A stretch of DNA of 63,714 nucleotides, the filler included, from Reclinomonas americana ATCC 50394 (Eukaryota), in NCBI GenBank assembly GCA_048213135.1. It is 4 parts of 2 records of this genome, joined end to end, with 100 filler letters (N's around TTAATTAATTAA, not from the genome) between each part and the next. Parts side by side here need not be neighbours in the genome. Positions count along the whole stretch, not along the records: positions 1 to 26,439 come from PS015364.1; 3 more parts are not named here. One strand, 5' to 3'. Made by a program: the position numbers and the translations under genes. Shown piece after piece: positions 1-13,419 of the stretch (positions within the stretch are counted from its first letter, which is position 1; every line of letters begins with the position of its first letter). The notes below the pieces were generated by a model, which saw nothing but the letters and a program-made list of their open reading frames with translations, was not told the DNA's origin and did no database searches.

Positions 1-2019
1 GGGGCGGCCGCTCCACGACCACCACCACCGCCACCGCCGCCACCGCTGGCCTCGGCTGTGCGTCTGGCCCGCTCAAAGAACTCTTGGCGCACCTTCTCGT
101 CGTCGTCAAACGTCTCCGTGCCCGCCGTACTGTCCAACGCACCACACCATTCAGCAAAAATCAAGTGCACGAGAACAGACACCAAGCACACACACACAAA
201 CAACACAGACCCGCGGCCGTGCCCAGAAAAGTTCGTCTTGCTCTTCTCGTCGTCGTCGCCAAGAATATCAGCCATGTTCATCACATTGCTGCGCCCCAGG
301 CCGATCTTGCCGCCACGCCTTCACACCACAACGACGACTGTGAGCATCACGCACACAACAGCGAGCAGGCCACAGTACTGACCCTGCAGCAGGCGGTGCC
401 GCGCCACGACCAGCGGCCGGTGGTGCGGGCGCTGGTGCTGGATTGGGTCGCGAGGGAGCAGGGCCCGGCTGCGCACGTGGCAGCGGGTGCGAGGCACCCC
501 ACGTGGGGCCCGACTGTTGGTTGGAGGGCGACGGCGGGAGAGGCATCGGGTGCACTCCGCTCANNNNNNNNNNNNNNNNNNNNNNNNNNNNNNNNNNNNN
601 NNNNNNNNNNNNNNNNNNNNNNNNNNNNNNNNNNNNNNNNNNNNNNNNNNNNNNNNNNNNNNNNNNNNNNNNNNNNNNNNNNNNNNNNNNNNNNNNNNNN
701 NNNNNNNNNNNNNNNNNNNNNNNNNNNNNNNNNNNNNNNNNNNNNNNNNNNNNNNNNNNNNNNNNNNNNNNNNNNNNNNNNNNNNNNNNNNNNNNNNNNN
801 NNNNNNNNNNNNNNNNNNNNNNNNNNNNNNNNNNNNNNNNNNNNNNNNNNNNNNNNNNNNNNNNNNNNNNNNNNNNNNNNNNNNNNNNNNNNNNNNNNNN
901 NNNNNNNNNNNNNNNNNNNNNNNNNNNNNNNNNNNNNNNNNNNNNNNNNNNNNNNNNNNNNNNNNNNNNNNNNNNNNNNNNNNNNNNNNNNNNNNNNNNN
1001 NNNNNNNNNNNNNNNNNNNNNNNNNNNNNNNNNNNNNNNNNNNNNNNNNNNNNNNNNNNNNNNNNNNNNNNNNNNNNNNNNNNNNNNNNNNNNNNNNNNN
1101 NNNNNNNNNNNNNNNNNNNNNNNNNNNNNNNNNNNNNNNNNNNNNNNNNNNNNNNNNNNNNNNNNNNNNNNNNNNNNNNNNNNNNNNNNNNNNNNNNNNN
1201 NNNNNNNNNNNNNNNNNNNNNNNNNNNNNNNNNNNNNNNNNNNNNNNNNNNNNNNNNNNNNNNNNNNNNNNNNNNNNNNNNNNNNNNNNNNNNNNNNNNN
1301 NNNNNNNNNNNNNNNNNNNNNNNNNNNNNNNNNNNNNNNNNNNNNNNNNNNNNNNNNNNNNNNNNNNNNNNNNNNNNNNNNNNNNNNNNNNNNNNNNNNN
1401 NNNNNNNNNNNNNNNNNNNNNNNNNNNNNNNNNNNNNNNNNNNNNNNNNNNNNNNNNNNNNNNNNNNNNNNNNNNNNNNNNNNNNNNNNNNNNTTGGCAT
1501 GCCCATGGGCGGGAAGGCCGATGATGCGGGCGGTGGCATGGCGGGATGCTGTGGCACTTGTGGTTGCGCGGCAACAGCGGCCGCAGCTGCCTCGGCCTCT
1601 GTCGCCTCCATCTCCACCAGTGAGAGCGCAGTCTGTGCGCACAATCGTCGATTCCACGATCAGCGATCATTCAATCACTCAATCACACACACAGGGATTG
1701 AAGTGTGGTAAACTCCATGGAGTGTGTGCAAAGAGAGCGCGCGTGCACGAGCTTTTTATCACTGACGGCGGTGGACAAGTGCCAGAAATGATCGTCTCAC
1801 TCTCACTCTTTCTTTCTCTGCCTCTGCCTCGAGTAGTGCAAGAGCAGATGAGCACTGTGCGTGTGTGTTGTGTACGTGTACGTGTGTGTGTGTCTAGAGT
1901 GCGATGGCCCCGCGCACCTCGACATCCCAGCCCGAGCTCTCCAAGTAGAAGCGTGCCTTGTCGGCACCGATGCTGCAGATCTCGCACAGCTGATCCACCA
2001 GGTCTTGCTCACTCGCCAT
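1..2019 (-). CDS. NSFL1C: p47/Shp1-like Cdc48/p97 cofactor (UBA-like N-terminus; 3' part runs off the window), spliced
   Basis: Exon 1 MASEQDLVDQLCEICSIGADKARFYLESSGWDVE is UBA-like. It is followed by a Pro-rich linker and NVMNMADILGDDDEKSKTNFSGHGRG...VRQEFFERARR, resembling the p47 pre-SEP region. GT-AG introns. SEP and UBX domains are not in the window. Confidence 0.6.
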
Positions 2020-2042
2020 TCTTCGTGTGTGATCGATGATGT

Positions 2043-2057
2043 GTGAAACGAAATTGC
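2043..2057 (-). promoter_or_regulatory. Candidate cis element GCAATTTCGTTTCAC, 23 nt upstream of the p47-like ATG
   Basis: Identical 15-mer lies upstream of the Rpn2 ATG (39532-39546) in sense orientation at similar spacing. Confidence 0.4.
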
Positions 2058-2225
2058 ATGGACGAGATGACACGAGGACAGCAGCGTTTTACACCACCAT
2101 CAAAAGGAAGAGGAGGGAGGAGCAGAGTGGGAAAAGTGTGTGGGAAATGATACAAAACCGTGAACGTGCAAGATGCCATGCGAAACAAAGAATCGACGTC
2201 GGCTGTCGTCGTCGAAGCCATGCTC

Positions 2226-5200
2226 TCACTCCACCGTCAGCACCTTCATGAGGTTCGAGAGGCCGGAGGGACCCGACTTGGTGCCCGACGTGACAATCAC
2301 AAAGTCGCCTGCGATAAGGGAGGCAAGCGGCGGAGAAAGGTGAGCTCAACGGGCGGTTCTGTAGACCGCCGACTGCCACAAACCAGACTTGACGACGCCA
2401 CGCTGCTTGGCCAGCGCCACTGTTCTTGCAATAACATTGTCGACGCCGACCAGCGTGCCGACCACCACCGGGAAGATGCCACGCGATACCTGTGAAGAAA
2501 CAAAGCACTCAGTAAAGCACTCTCCTTCCCTCTTTTGTCGCATGTGACGCACCAACAGCTGTCTGGCGACTTGCTTGCGTGAGGTGATGCAGAAAATGGG
2601 TGCCTGTGGGCGGTACTTGGCCACAAGACGCGCTGTGTTGCCGGTCTCCGTCAGGGTAACCACCAGACCCGCACGCAGGTCGTTGGCCGACAGCACCGCA
2701 GAAGCAGTGATGGCCTCGGCCACCGACACGTCGCCGGTGGCGTTGGTGAAGCGGCGCACTTGCTCAAAGGCCAGGCGGAAGTCGTAGGCCATTTCTGCTG
2801 ACACGCAAATGTTGCTCATGATGCGCACGGCTTCCACGGGGTACTTGCCTGAGAGGAGGGGAGGGAGCGGGAGGAGAAGGGTGTGAGCAGAAGGCACAAA
2901 GAGAGAGAAGCAGAAGAAGAAGACAAAGAGAGAGGGAGTAATAAAAGAACGACAGCATACAGATGTGTGATTAAAGACAGACAGACAGAGAGTGTGCGAG
3001 TGGAAGGAGAAGAGTGTGAGCGAAAAACAGAGAGAGTGTGAGAAGAAGAGGAAGAGATTAAAGAAAGATGAGTGCATGCGTAGGCGAGTGTGTTGAGAAA
3101 TAGACAGAGAATGCGTGAGAGAAGAATGTAAATACGAGCGTGTGTGTGTGAGCGTGCCTCACCCTTCGCAGTTTCTCCACTGAGCATCACACAGTCTGAG
3201 CCATCGAGCACAGCATTGGTGACATCCGAGGCCTCGGCACGTGTTGGCCGTGGGTTCTGGATCATGGTCTCGAGCATCTGCGTGGCCGTGATGACCGGCT
3301 TGCCCACCATGTGGCACTGCATGCGGATGGAGATGAGCGTCAAGCTGGAAGGGGCAAACAACTGTCTTTCTGTGGCTCGTTTTCAACCATTCCCTCATTG
3401 TCGTTCCATCCCTTCCTCCCTTTCTTCCCTTCCCCCTATCTCTCTCTCTCCGCCAAACACACCTTGTTGATCATCATCTTCTGCGCCAGCGCGACCTTCT
3501 CGATCGGAATCTCCACACCGAGATCACCACGCGCCACCATGATACCGTCGCTCTCCGCCAGAATCTCGTCAAAGTTGTCAATGCCCTGCTGACTCTCGAT
3601 CTTGGAGATGATCTTGATCTCCGCACCCCTGTGCCACACAACAGCATGGTGAGTGATACACAAACAACAACCAATGCAGGATGAACAACAGGATGAGGNN
3701 NNNNNNNNNNNNNNNNNNNNNNNNNNNNNNNNNNNNNNNNNNNNNNNNNNNNNNNNNNNNNNNNNNNNNNNNNNNNNNNNNNNNNNNNNNNNNNNNNNNN
3801 NNNNNNNNNNNNNNNNNNNNNNNNNNNNNNNNNNNNNNNNNNNNNNNNNNNNNNNNNNNNNNNNNNNNNNNNNNNNNNNNNNNNNNNNNNNNNNNNNNNN
3901 NNNNNNNNNNNNNNNNNNNNNNNNNNNNNNNNNNNNNNNNNNNNNNNNNNNNNNNNNNNNNNNNNNNNNNNNNNNNNNNNNNNNNNNNATACCGTTCGCC
4001 CAGCAGCTCACGAATGTCGCGCACGTCTTGTGCGCAACGGATAAACGACGCAGCAATGAAATCGACGCCCTCCTCCACACCAAACAGAATGTCCTCGCGA
4101 TCCTTTTCGCTCATGGCCGGCAAGTCCACGTTGATCTGCGTGGGCGTAAGCATTCAAGAAGTAGAAGAAGCCATTTGCTCTTTGCGCAAGAGTGTCGCAA
4201 CATTCGGCAGATTGCAGCCCTTGCGCTCGCCCAGCATGCCCGAGTTGAGCACCTCGCAGCGCAGCCATGTGTCGCCCTTCTCCAGCACGCGCAGCGCAAT
4301 CAGACCGTCGTCAATGAGCATGATGCCACCAATCGGCATCACCTGCAGTTGAGAGTGAGCGAGAGAGAGCAGAAATACTTCTACTGAGGGGGCGCCACCC
4401 ATCGCAACATTGGGAATGTTCTGATAGTCGCAGGGGATGACCTCGGCCGTGCCCTTGACGCTCATGTCGGTGGTGACCGTCACAACCGAGCCGGCGACGA
4501 GCTCCACCTCGCTGTTGGCCACCTCCAACTGCCCAGTGCGGATCTCCGGACCCTTGGTGTCGAGCAGGATCGCCACAATGCGCCTCGTCTCCTCGCACAC
4601 CTTGCGCGTGTTCACAATGGTGGTGCGGTGGAACTCGTGACTGCCGTGGCTAAAGTTCATGCGCACAACGTTCATGCCNNNNNNNNNNNNNNNNNNNNNN
4701 NNNNNNNNNNNNNNNNNNNNNNNNNNNNNNNNNNNNNNNNNNNNNNNNNNNNNNNNNNNNNNNNNNNNNNNNNNNNNNNNNNNNNNNNNNNNNNNNNNNN
4801 NNNNNNNNNNNNNNNNNNNNNNNNNNNNNNNNNNNNNNNNNNNNNNNNNNNNNNNNNNNNNNNNNNNNNNNNNNNNNNNNNNNNNNNNNNNNNNNNNNNN
4901 NNNNNNNNNNNNNNNNNNNNNNNNNNNNNNNNNNNNNNNNNNNNNNNNNNNNNNNNNNNNNNNNNNNNNNNNNNNNNNNNNNNNNNNNNNNNNNNNNNNN
5001 NNNNNNNNNNNNNNNNNNNNNNNNNNNNAGCGTCGATCAGCTTGGCAATCATCTCGGGCGTCTGTCAATGGAAGATGAGTGCGCTGCTGCTGCTGCTGCT
5101 GCTCTCCATCTCTCTCTCGCGCGTGTGAGTACACACCTGTGTCTTGGGGCCCAGCGTGCACACAATCTACGTATGTGTGCGTTACAGTGTTATTGGTAAT

Positions 5201-5802
5201 CGAAACCACAAACAGCGTCTTGTACAGACACACACACACACAGAGACGGAGGCGCTCACCTTGGTGCGACGACCCTCCGCTGACGGCGGTTGCCTGTGAG
5301 AGTGTGTGCGCGCAAGAGAGTGAGAGACACGCAATGAGGCATCGCCCTCTTCTCGAGACACACGAAAGATGGCACACAGACAGTCGCATAGGGAGGAGGA
5401 GGAGGAGCGAGGCAAGGCGCTGAGACACAGTGTGGTCGACTTGAACGAGTGGACACAGAAAAAGGTCATGCTCCAACACGACAATGCACCAGTGCGACAA
5501 GACAGAGAGACACACACAACAACAACAACAGCAGCAGCAACAACAGAGGGAGAAAGAGAGAGAGAGAGAAAAGAGAGAAAGACATGCGACTGTGGCAATG
5601 TCGACACCCGAGAATAAGTGCACCTTCGACATCAAATCAAGTGGTGCACCACTGCACAAGTCGCTTACAACAAAAACAAACACAAAGTGTGCGTGTGTAA
5701 CGACACGCACCAGTCAGCCTGCAAGTACTTGGCCAGCGGATGACTGCCGGGGCCACTCGCCTTGCCACTGCCACTGCCACTTCCCGATGCCGCACTCGCC
5801 AT
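2226..5802 (-). CDS. PK: Pyruvate kinase, multi-exon, spans two N-gaps
   Basis: Motifs [79 protein letters not shown] and [15 protein letters not shown]; ends [10 protein letters not shown]. Confidence 0.97.
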
Positions 5803-5862
5803 TCTCACACAGAAGACAAGAAATCAAATTTGCGCCTGAGAGGACACAGGCACAGAGGCGCG

Positions 5863-8254
5863 ATGCGACCGGAGCGTTCATGGCGGCTTCTGCTGCCTCT
5901 CGTGCTCCTCTTTGTCGTCTTCTACCTGCTCAAGCGACGCGGAGGCGCCACCGGGCGATTACCACCATTAGAGAACGTCGCACAATCACCATCGCCACCT
6001 CCTTTGCAGTTGCGATCGTGGGCACTGGCGCAGCGCAAGCAACGCTCCGCATCGCCACCACCAGTGATCTCTGCTCGCGATTGCCTGTTGTCATCGACGT
6101 GGGCGGTGGTGGCTGCCTCGGATGGATCGGTGCTGGTCAATGAAGATAAAGATCGCAGTGAGTGGCTGGCCGGTGTGCCTCGAGTGCGACTTGTTGGTGA
6201 TCGTGCGACTGTTGTCGTGGATGCGGCGATGANNNNNNNNNNNNNNNNNNNNNNNNNNNNNNNNNNNNNNNNNNNNNNNNNNNNNNNNNNNNNNNNNNNN
6301 NNNNNNNNNNNNNNNNNNNNNNNNNNNNNNNNNNNNNNNNNNNNNNNNNNNNNNNNNNNNNNNNNNNNNNNNNNNNNNNNNNNNNNNNNNNNNNNNNNNN
6401 NNNNNNNNNNNNNNNNNNNNNNNNNNNNNTGTGTGAGGAGGTGACGGAGGCGGCGGTGTGGTTGCCGGTGTCGGGGCATTTGGAGAACTTTTTCCACTCG
6501 TTGCATGATGTGGCGTATCGGGCGGTGGCGGTGTTTCAGCGCGATGTGAGGCGTGCGTTGCGACGGGATGAGCTGCTGCGCGTGTTTGGTGTGGGCTGGG
6601 AGGCGGCGCTGGAGGAGTTGGTTTGTTTGTGCGATCCGGATCGTCTGCTATGCGCGCCTCACGTGTCTCACCAACGTCGGGTGCTGCTGGCAGGGGAGTG
6701 CACACTTTGTGCAGTTTATTGCTCCGCTGGGAGTGGAGCGGCTGGTGCCGAGCGGTGGCGCGTCGTCGTGTCGGTGCTTTGGGCGGGGAAGCAGTGCGCC
6801 GTCGTTTGGGCACGGCTTTCGCTCGCCGTATCGTGAGTTGTGGAGCTCGGCGGCGCAGAGTGACGACAATTGGCGGGCGGCGGAGCGCGCCACGCGCATG
6901 TTTAGGTGAGCGTGGGGAGAGAGAGAGAGTGTGTGTCGTTGGCGTGAGCCGGGTCTCATGCTGTGTGTTGGCAGGGCGCTGCTGGCGCAGCGCATTCTCG
7001 ACTTTGAGTATCAGCCGGCGCGGTCCGCGAGAGAAGCCGCGTGCAAGGTGCCACTTTTGTCACACAAGTCTCTCCCTCTCTACGGCCTTCTCTCACGCAT
7101 GTGCACGGCAGCGCGGTGCTCGACTGCGAGTGACGATTGCGCAGCGACCGGCGGGCGATCGCTCCTTTGTCGATCTCGAGCGCAGCATTCGCGACATGGA
7201 GACCTTTCTCACGCCGGCGCACTCGATCCGCGTGGTGGATTTCGCCGAGTTGGACGAGCATGAGGCGGTATGAAGAAAGGGGGTGGGAAAGGAAAGGGAG
7301 GAAAAGAAAGGGAGAAAGTAACGAGTCTGTGTGCTTGCAGGTGGAGTCGATGGTCAGCACCGATGTGTTTGTCAGCGTGCACGGAGCGGCCATGAGCAAC
7401 GCGGTGTTCCTCAGACCAGGTAATTGTCTAGGCCGCTGTAGGCAAGGCGTCGTGTGAGAGCACCTTTAGCCACTGTGTTCTTCTCCTCCTCCCCATTCTG
7501 TACGCAACCTCTGTCTTCATCTGCTGCTGCAAGGCCGCTGCAGACATGAGAGTATCTTGGTCCACTGTGTTCCACAGGCCCTGTTCCCCATCTTGTGTGC
7601 AATTCATCTTAGCAATTGCAGACAACGCGCTTCTTTTTGGGCCACTTAGTTCCTCAAACCAGGCGCTCTTCTTCGATCCTCCTCCTCCTCCTCCTCCTCC
7701 TACTCCTCATCCTCCCCCTAGCCCTCTTTTCCCGCTTCCCGCTTCCCCCTTTCTTCGAATTCCCCCCTCTCCTCACTGGATCTCATTGCAGGCACGACGG
7801 CCATTGAGGTGTTCCCCCCACTGCAATGCGTGTGGGAATACGGTGGCGCGCTGTACCAGAACCCCGCCAACCTCGTCGGCGTGCAGTACTTGCGCTACTG
7901 CACGACGGTTCGCGCCACCAAGACGCACAACAATCACCCGTCAATTACCTACGAGGAGGAGGAGCGATTACGCCGGGAGGTAATTGTGCTTCCCGCCGTC
8001 GTTCCCCTCAGAGGGCTCATGCATGATGCACTCGTGTACAGCGCGCAGGCACGTCGGCCAACGATGCCTCCTTGCAACAACAACAAATGTTGTTTTGGGT
8101 TTCCACGGTGCGCTTGTCGGGCAAGGAACTCGCGCAGCTGCTGCTGCAGGCCAAGCAGAATATGTGTGCCGAGTATCAGGATGAGGAGGAGAAGGAGAAG
8201 GAGGGAAGGGAGAAGGGCGACGGTAGCGGGGCGGAGCAAATAGCACCTTCATGA
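5863..8254 (+). CDS. Type II membrane glycosyltransferase, family GT61 (EOGT/POMGNT2-like)
   Basis: N-terminal TM (LLLPLVLLFVVFYLL), ENFFHSLHD, VTIAQR..DRSF and VFVSVHGAAMSNAVFLRPG-TTAIEVFP motifs across GT-AG exons. Confidence 0.85.
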
Positions 8255-8815
8255 AAGAGCAGCCCAAAAAGGCAAGTAAAGTGCATCTGAAAATTCTAAA
8301 CTCTGAACGAACCACACACAAAACACTTGCCCTGGGCGCGATAAAAAGGTGAGGCCCCATGCGCACATACTTTCTCTCTTCCTCCACACGCGCGTGCGCA
8401 CTGGGGAGTTTCTTCGTGCTTCTTCCTGTGTTTCTGTACTGCGAGAACTTTTTGGTGCCAAAACTCTAACTCTTACATGTTCTCTCGCGCGTGCCCCAAC
8501 ACACTCATTCCTTCTGCGCTGTGTGGATTATGTTCATACGTGTGTGTGCGTCTGTGCGTGTGCGCGTGTGTTGATGCGTGGATTCATCACGAACTCACCA
8601 AGATTCTATTGTGCCAACGTCAGCGCAAGCGTGTGTTATTTCTTTCCTTTCTCCTCGCACTTGCCCGCCATCCTCGTTCACTCTCTTCGTGCGTGTTGTG
8701 TGGGGTGTGTGTTGGGTGTGGGTGCGTGTTGAGGTTGGATAAAGTTTTTGACCAAAACTCTAAATGCGCACGCACAGAACTCATCAACACAATCACCATC
8801 ATCAACAACACTTCC

Positions 8816-10366
8816 ATGCCTGCCTCAGAAACACCCTCCCCGCCTCAACCAGCCACCATGGCGCCTCACAAGCTGCCAGCAGGAGCGGCCCCCGCCGCCG
8901 CCCTGGTGCCACCTCCTGTCCCAACGGCTGTCGCCAAGCACGACAACCACAGCCACGACGACGACGACGAGTGCTGTCCGCTGGCCTACTTGCGCCCACT
9001 GCGTGCACTCGCGCCACACGTGCAAAAGACGCGCCTTCTCGGTGCCGCACTGACGTGGGAGCCGACGAGTGCGTCAGTTGAGCCGACCGAGTGGCTTGCG
9101 TCATTTGCCTGCGACGGCTCGGTGGCGGTCGCATGCACCGAGGCGGCCACCGCCGACACGGTCACGTACTCGTGGCGAACCAGTGGTGGCGGCCAGACCG
9201 CGTCGTTGGCGTGGATGTCGCCCGAGTTGCTGTTGACGGGCGGCAGCGACGGCGCGCTCCGCTTGTGGAACGTCAAGAACGTCAATGTGGCCACGTCGAC
9301 TCCGTACCTGGTCGAAACCGTCAGCAAGTTGCACCGGCAGGCGGTCAACGTGCTGGCCATGTCACCGGTGACCGACCACGCCGTGTCGGCGTCGGTCGAT
9401 GGCGGCTTGTGTGTGCACACTGTGTCGCGTGGCGTCGCCGGATCCACTTGCATGGGCATTGACGGGCGACGGTCGGTGGTGCTGGACGGCCACTTTGACT
9501 GCATCACCGCCGTCGACTTTGATCCGCGTGGACAACTGCTGGTCACTGCCTCGCGCGATCGCACGGCGCGTGTGTGGAGGTTGGTTGTCAGCAACGTGTT
9601 CGGATTGAGATCCAGTATTCACTTCCCTACTCCCTCTATTTCCTGCAGACTACCGACGACTGGCGGCGGCGTCAACACCACCAAGTGCGCCGCTGTACTG
9701 CGCGGTCACGCGGACGAGGTGACAGCAGTGGCGTGGCGCGACAATGAGCTGGTGACGGCGTGCGCCGATGGCTTCTTGCGGGTGTGGGGCGTCGACCGCG
9801 ACCAGGACGTCGTGAGCGTGCGACAGCAGTCGTCGACGCCAGTGCCAGCTGGACTGCAGACGGTGCAGGCCATGGCATTTGATGCCTCCAGGACGGTGCT
9901 GGCCACCGCCACCGGCAGCGTCGTCACCATGTTCCGTGTGACGGTGGATGAGACGGGAAGCCACCACGTGCTGCTGCCACTCGGCCGCCTGGTCACTGGC
10001 CACACGGACCGCATCGTGTCACTGTCGTGGCACGCAGCGAGCGGCCGCCTGTGCACCGCCGCACTCGATCAGACCGTGCGAGTGATGGCCAACCCTGTAG
10101 GTTTGTGATGCGACGCTGAGCGGATGACCTTGACCGATTGACTTACACAATGTGGCGCAGATGACATGTACGGCGAAATGTGCATGATGGAGGACGCACT
10201 GGCGGTGCTCATTGCGCGTGAGCAGGTGGAGGCCGACACGCCACAACGCGACGCGCACATGCCGTCCATTCCGCTGCTGGCAGTCCACATTGCGCAACAG
10301 CTGACGCGCACCTTGTGCTCGCGGAGGCGGCCTCTGAGCGATGCCGTTGCACTCTTCGCTCCCTGA
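8816..10366 (+). CDS. WD40-repeat protein
   Basis: Several GH...WD-type repeats (LLTGGSDGALRLWN, GHFDCITAVDF..LVTASRDRTARVW, GHADEVTAVAW, GHTDRIVSLSW). Confidence 0.85.
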
Positions 10367-10414
10367 AAATAATGGGGGAGGTGAAGGCACTTGGGAAAAA
10401 TGAACCATTGTAAT

Positions 10415-12593
10415 CTAGTTGTTCAGAAAGTGACGAATGAGGTCGTCGATCGGCACCGCCGTCTGCGTCTTCGCCACCATGTCGCGCACAATCACCGAGC
10501 GCGATCCACGATACTCCTGCTCTGCCACAATGACGGCATGCGAGCTGTTGACTGCTGATGCACGGGAGAGCTGCTGCGACAGCGTTCCCTTGCTGTTCAG
10601 ATCGTGCAACACCACAAAACCGGCTTGCCTGTGACATCGAAAAGAGAAGATCGAAGAGGGTGAGAGAGAAAAAGGTGGGAGGAAGGGAAAGAACACTGGG
10701 GGGAGAGAGAGGAGAGAAAATCGACAAGAGAAGGGGAGACAGCACAAACAACCAGAAAGAAAGAGAGAATCAGAGAGACGCATAGCAAGAGGCACGCAAA
10801 GATTGGATATCCCCTTCGCATTGACAACAGAGTATTGCGACACAAAAGGCGTGAGTGAAAGGGAGTCAGAGACAACAAAGAGACACACACAACACAGTCA
10901 AGGCCCCTTCACGCTTCCCCTCTTCCCCCCTTCACCCTTTCCGCATTCCCCCTATCTTCACACTCACCGCAAGCGATCACCAACATGCAGCGCTTCGATG
11001 CCCAACTCGACGTCGGAGGCCGGCAGCGTAAGGAGCGACACGGTGGGCGGTGCTTCGACACCAATCGGCTGCGGCTCCAGGAGCATCAGACGATTCAGTC
11101 CACATGCCCATCTGCACTCGACAGTGAGGCCAGCAGTACAAAAAGAAATATGGAGGGACGAGCTCGACGCACCCAATGGCCGGCACCACCGTGGTCTTCT
11201 TTGAGGACAACTGCTGCACCAGATCGTCGTATCGGCCACCGGCGAGAACTGCCGACTGCGCACCAATATCACCACTGCAAGAGAATCAAAGTCACACAGT
11301 GAGGCAATGAGAAGCATCATCGCTGCTGCAGGATGCATCCGCACCTGAGGAATTCAAAGCACGTGTGCGTGTAGTAGTCGAGACCTCGGACCAAGCGCGG
11401 ATTCACCGTGTACGCTACGCCGAGACTGTCCAGAGCGCGAAGAACGACTGCAAACCTGCATTGCTGACTGATGAATAACAAGTGCACAGCAGTGCCACAC
11501 GACAAGCTCATCTTCTCAAGCACCCACCGTTCCCGACTCTCCTCACTCAAGTGGTCGCTCAGCAGTGGTGCTCCGGCGACAATCTGCACGTCGCTAGGCG
11601 ACTTTGAATCCAGCACGCGCATCGGGTTTCCGCGCTCCACTCTGCTCACCAGCTGATGAACAACAAGACACGAGGTACTGGAGTACATAAGTCGCGAAGC
11701 ATCACCGTCGCTGACTGTCCTCCGACAGCTGATCCCAGTGAGCACGCAAGTAGTCGACCAGCACTTTGGAGTAGAGTTCGCGACTGGCCGTGTCGCCCAG
11801 CGTGTTGATCTCCAGCTGCGAAAACGCACTGTTTTAGCCTGTTGTTGCCTCTCTTCGTCCTCCCCAGCGACGCACCGTTAGCTTGGCATCCGCGGGCAAG
11901 CCAGCATCGCGCCGCAAAAAGTGATCGGCGCACTGAATCACTTCCGCGTCGGCCAGCGGCGACGCGAATCCAAACTGTTCCACACCGAACTGGTAAAAGC
12001 AGCGCAAGCGGCCGCGCTGCGGTCTCTCGTATCGAAACATGGGACCACAGTAGTAGTAGCGCTGTGGCAGACGTGTCCAGTCGCCACTCGTCAACAGCGC
12101 ACGCACCACACCTGCAGAATGGCTGCGAGTGAGCACGAGTGCGTACAGTTTGGATATCTTGCACACACACACACCAGCCGTGTTCTCCGGGCGCAGCGAC
12201 AGCATGTGATCGGAGCGATCGGTGAACGTGTACATCTCCTTGGCCACCACATCGGTGGTGTCGCCGAGTGAGCGTTGGAACAACTCGGTGCGCTCGACCA
12301 CAGGAGTGATGATCTGCGTGCATGATGCGCAAATCAGTGCACGCATGCACACACGCATGCATGTGCTTGTGTGCAACCTCTTCGTAGCCATAGGCAATGG
12401 CTGTGCTCCTCGCTGCCTCATGCAGCGCACCGAGCAGACGACCCTCAGCATGCATAATGTCGGGCATTCCCCTTACACTAGGCACAGTCGACACTGCGCG
12501 ACACAGCGTGGGATCAGCGAGTGAGGCGCACATCACACACACACGTCGCACAGGCGAACCCCATCGTCTGCCGAGCAGCACTTGTCTCAGCAT
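10415..12593 (-). CDS. hisS: Histidyl-tRNA synthetase, bacterial type, probably mitochondrial
   Basis: Arg-rich presequence [11 protein letters not shown]; motifs [51 protein letters not shown] and AGGRYD. Confidence 0.95.
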
Positions 12594-12774
12594 GATGTGA
12601 TATGACGAGAGGGACAGAGGACGACGCTTCACTTGTCTCGTTTCTCAGCGGTGCGTCGCTGCCTCCACACTGCATGTGCATGCACGGAGAGCGCGGGAAG
12701 ACTACAAGTCACTGGCCATCCCATCGTTCTCTGGAGAGAGAGATGCGCGTCGACAACACCAATCATCATCTGTG

Positions 12775-13118
12775 TCACTGTCCTCCCGCTGGTGGTGCTG
12801 CTGATGACGATGACGACGATGACACACCACCACTGCTGTCACCACCACCACCACCTGCTCCCTGTTGCTGACCGTGCTGAGGATGATGATGATTGTGATG
12901 CTGACACGATTTGTGATGTCTGCGTCGCAGATGACGCCCGCCTCCCTGCTGTCGATCGTCGTCGTCACTCGAGTCGTCGTCCTCTTCTTCACTGGAGCTC
13001 TCGCCAAACGCTCGTCGCTTGTGGAAGATGCAGCATTCTGTGAGAGGAAAACGCGATTCAGAGGTGATCACTCTCAGTGAACGAGTCTCTCTCTGCGCGT
13101 GTGTGTGCGTACATGAGC

Positions 13119-13154
<36 letters not shown>

Positions 13155-13419
13155 TGACTGTTACTCGTGCATCACTTGTTGTCCTCCCTCCCTTTCTCTT
13201 CTTCTTCTTCTTCTTCTTCTTCTTCTCTCTCTCTCTCTCGCAACTCTTGGAGATGCGCTTGTTGAGGCCCTCGTTGTCTTGCACCTCCGGGTCCCACACC
13301 ACATGTCTGTGCGCCTGCGCAGGCGGTTTCAACGTGAATCGCAGAGGCGCCTCTGCCTGCGCGGGAGGCTGCACGTCCGTGGTCGACACGCTGACCGGGG
13401 GCGCAACACGCTCGCCCAT
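12775..13419 (-). CDS. PPP1R11: Protein phosphatase 1 inhibitor-3 (Ypi1)
   Basis: RHVVWDPEVQDNEGLNKRISK|KCCIFHKRRAFGESSSEEE signature; one intron. Confidence 0.93.
13120..13152. repeat. (TG)n microsatellite, intronic
   Basis: Direct reading. Confidence 0.9.

Noticed and set aside
84..2039. Long ORFs spanning N-runs and the many antisense ORFs
   Set aside because: Artefacts of N translation and GC-rich codon usage.
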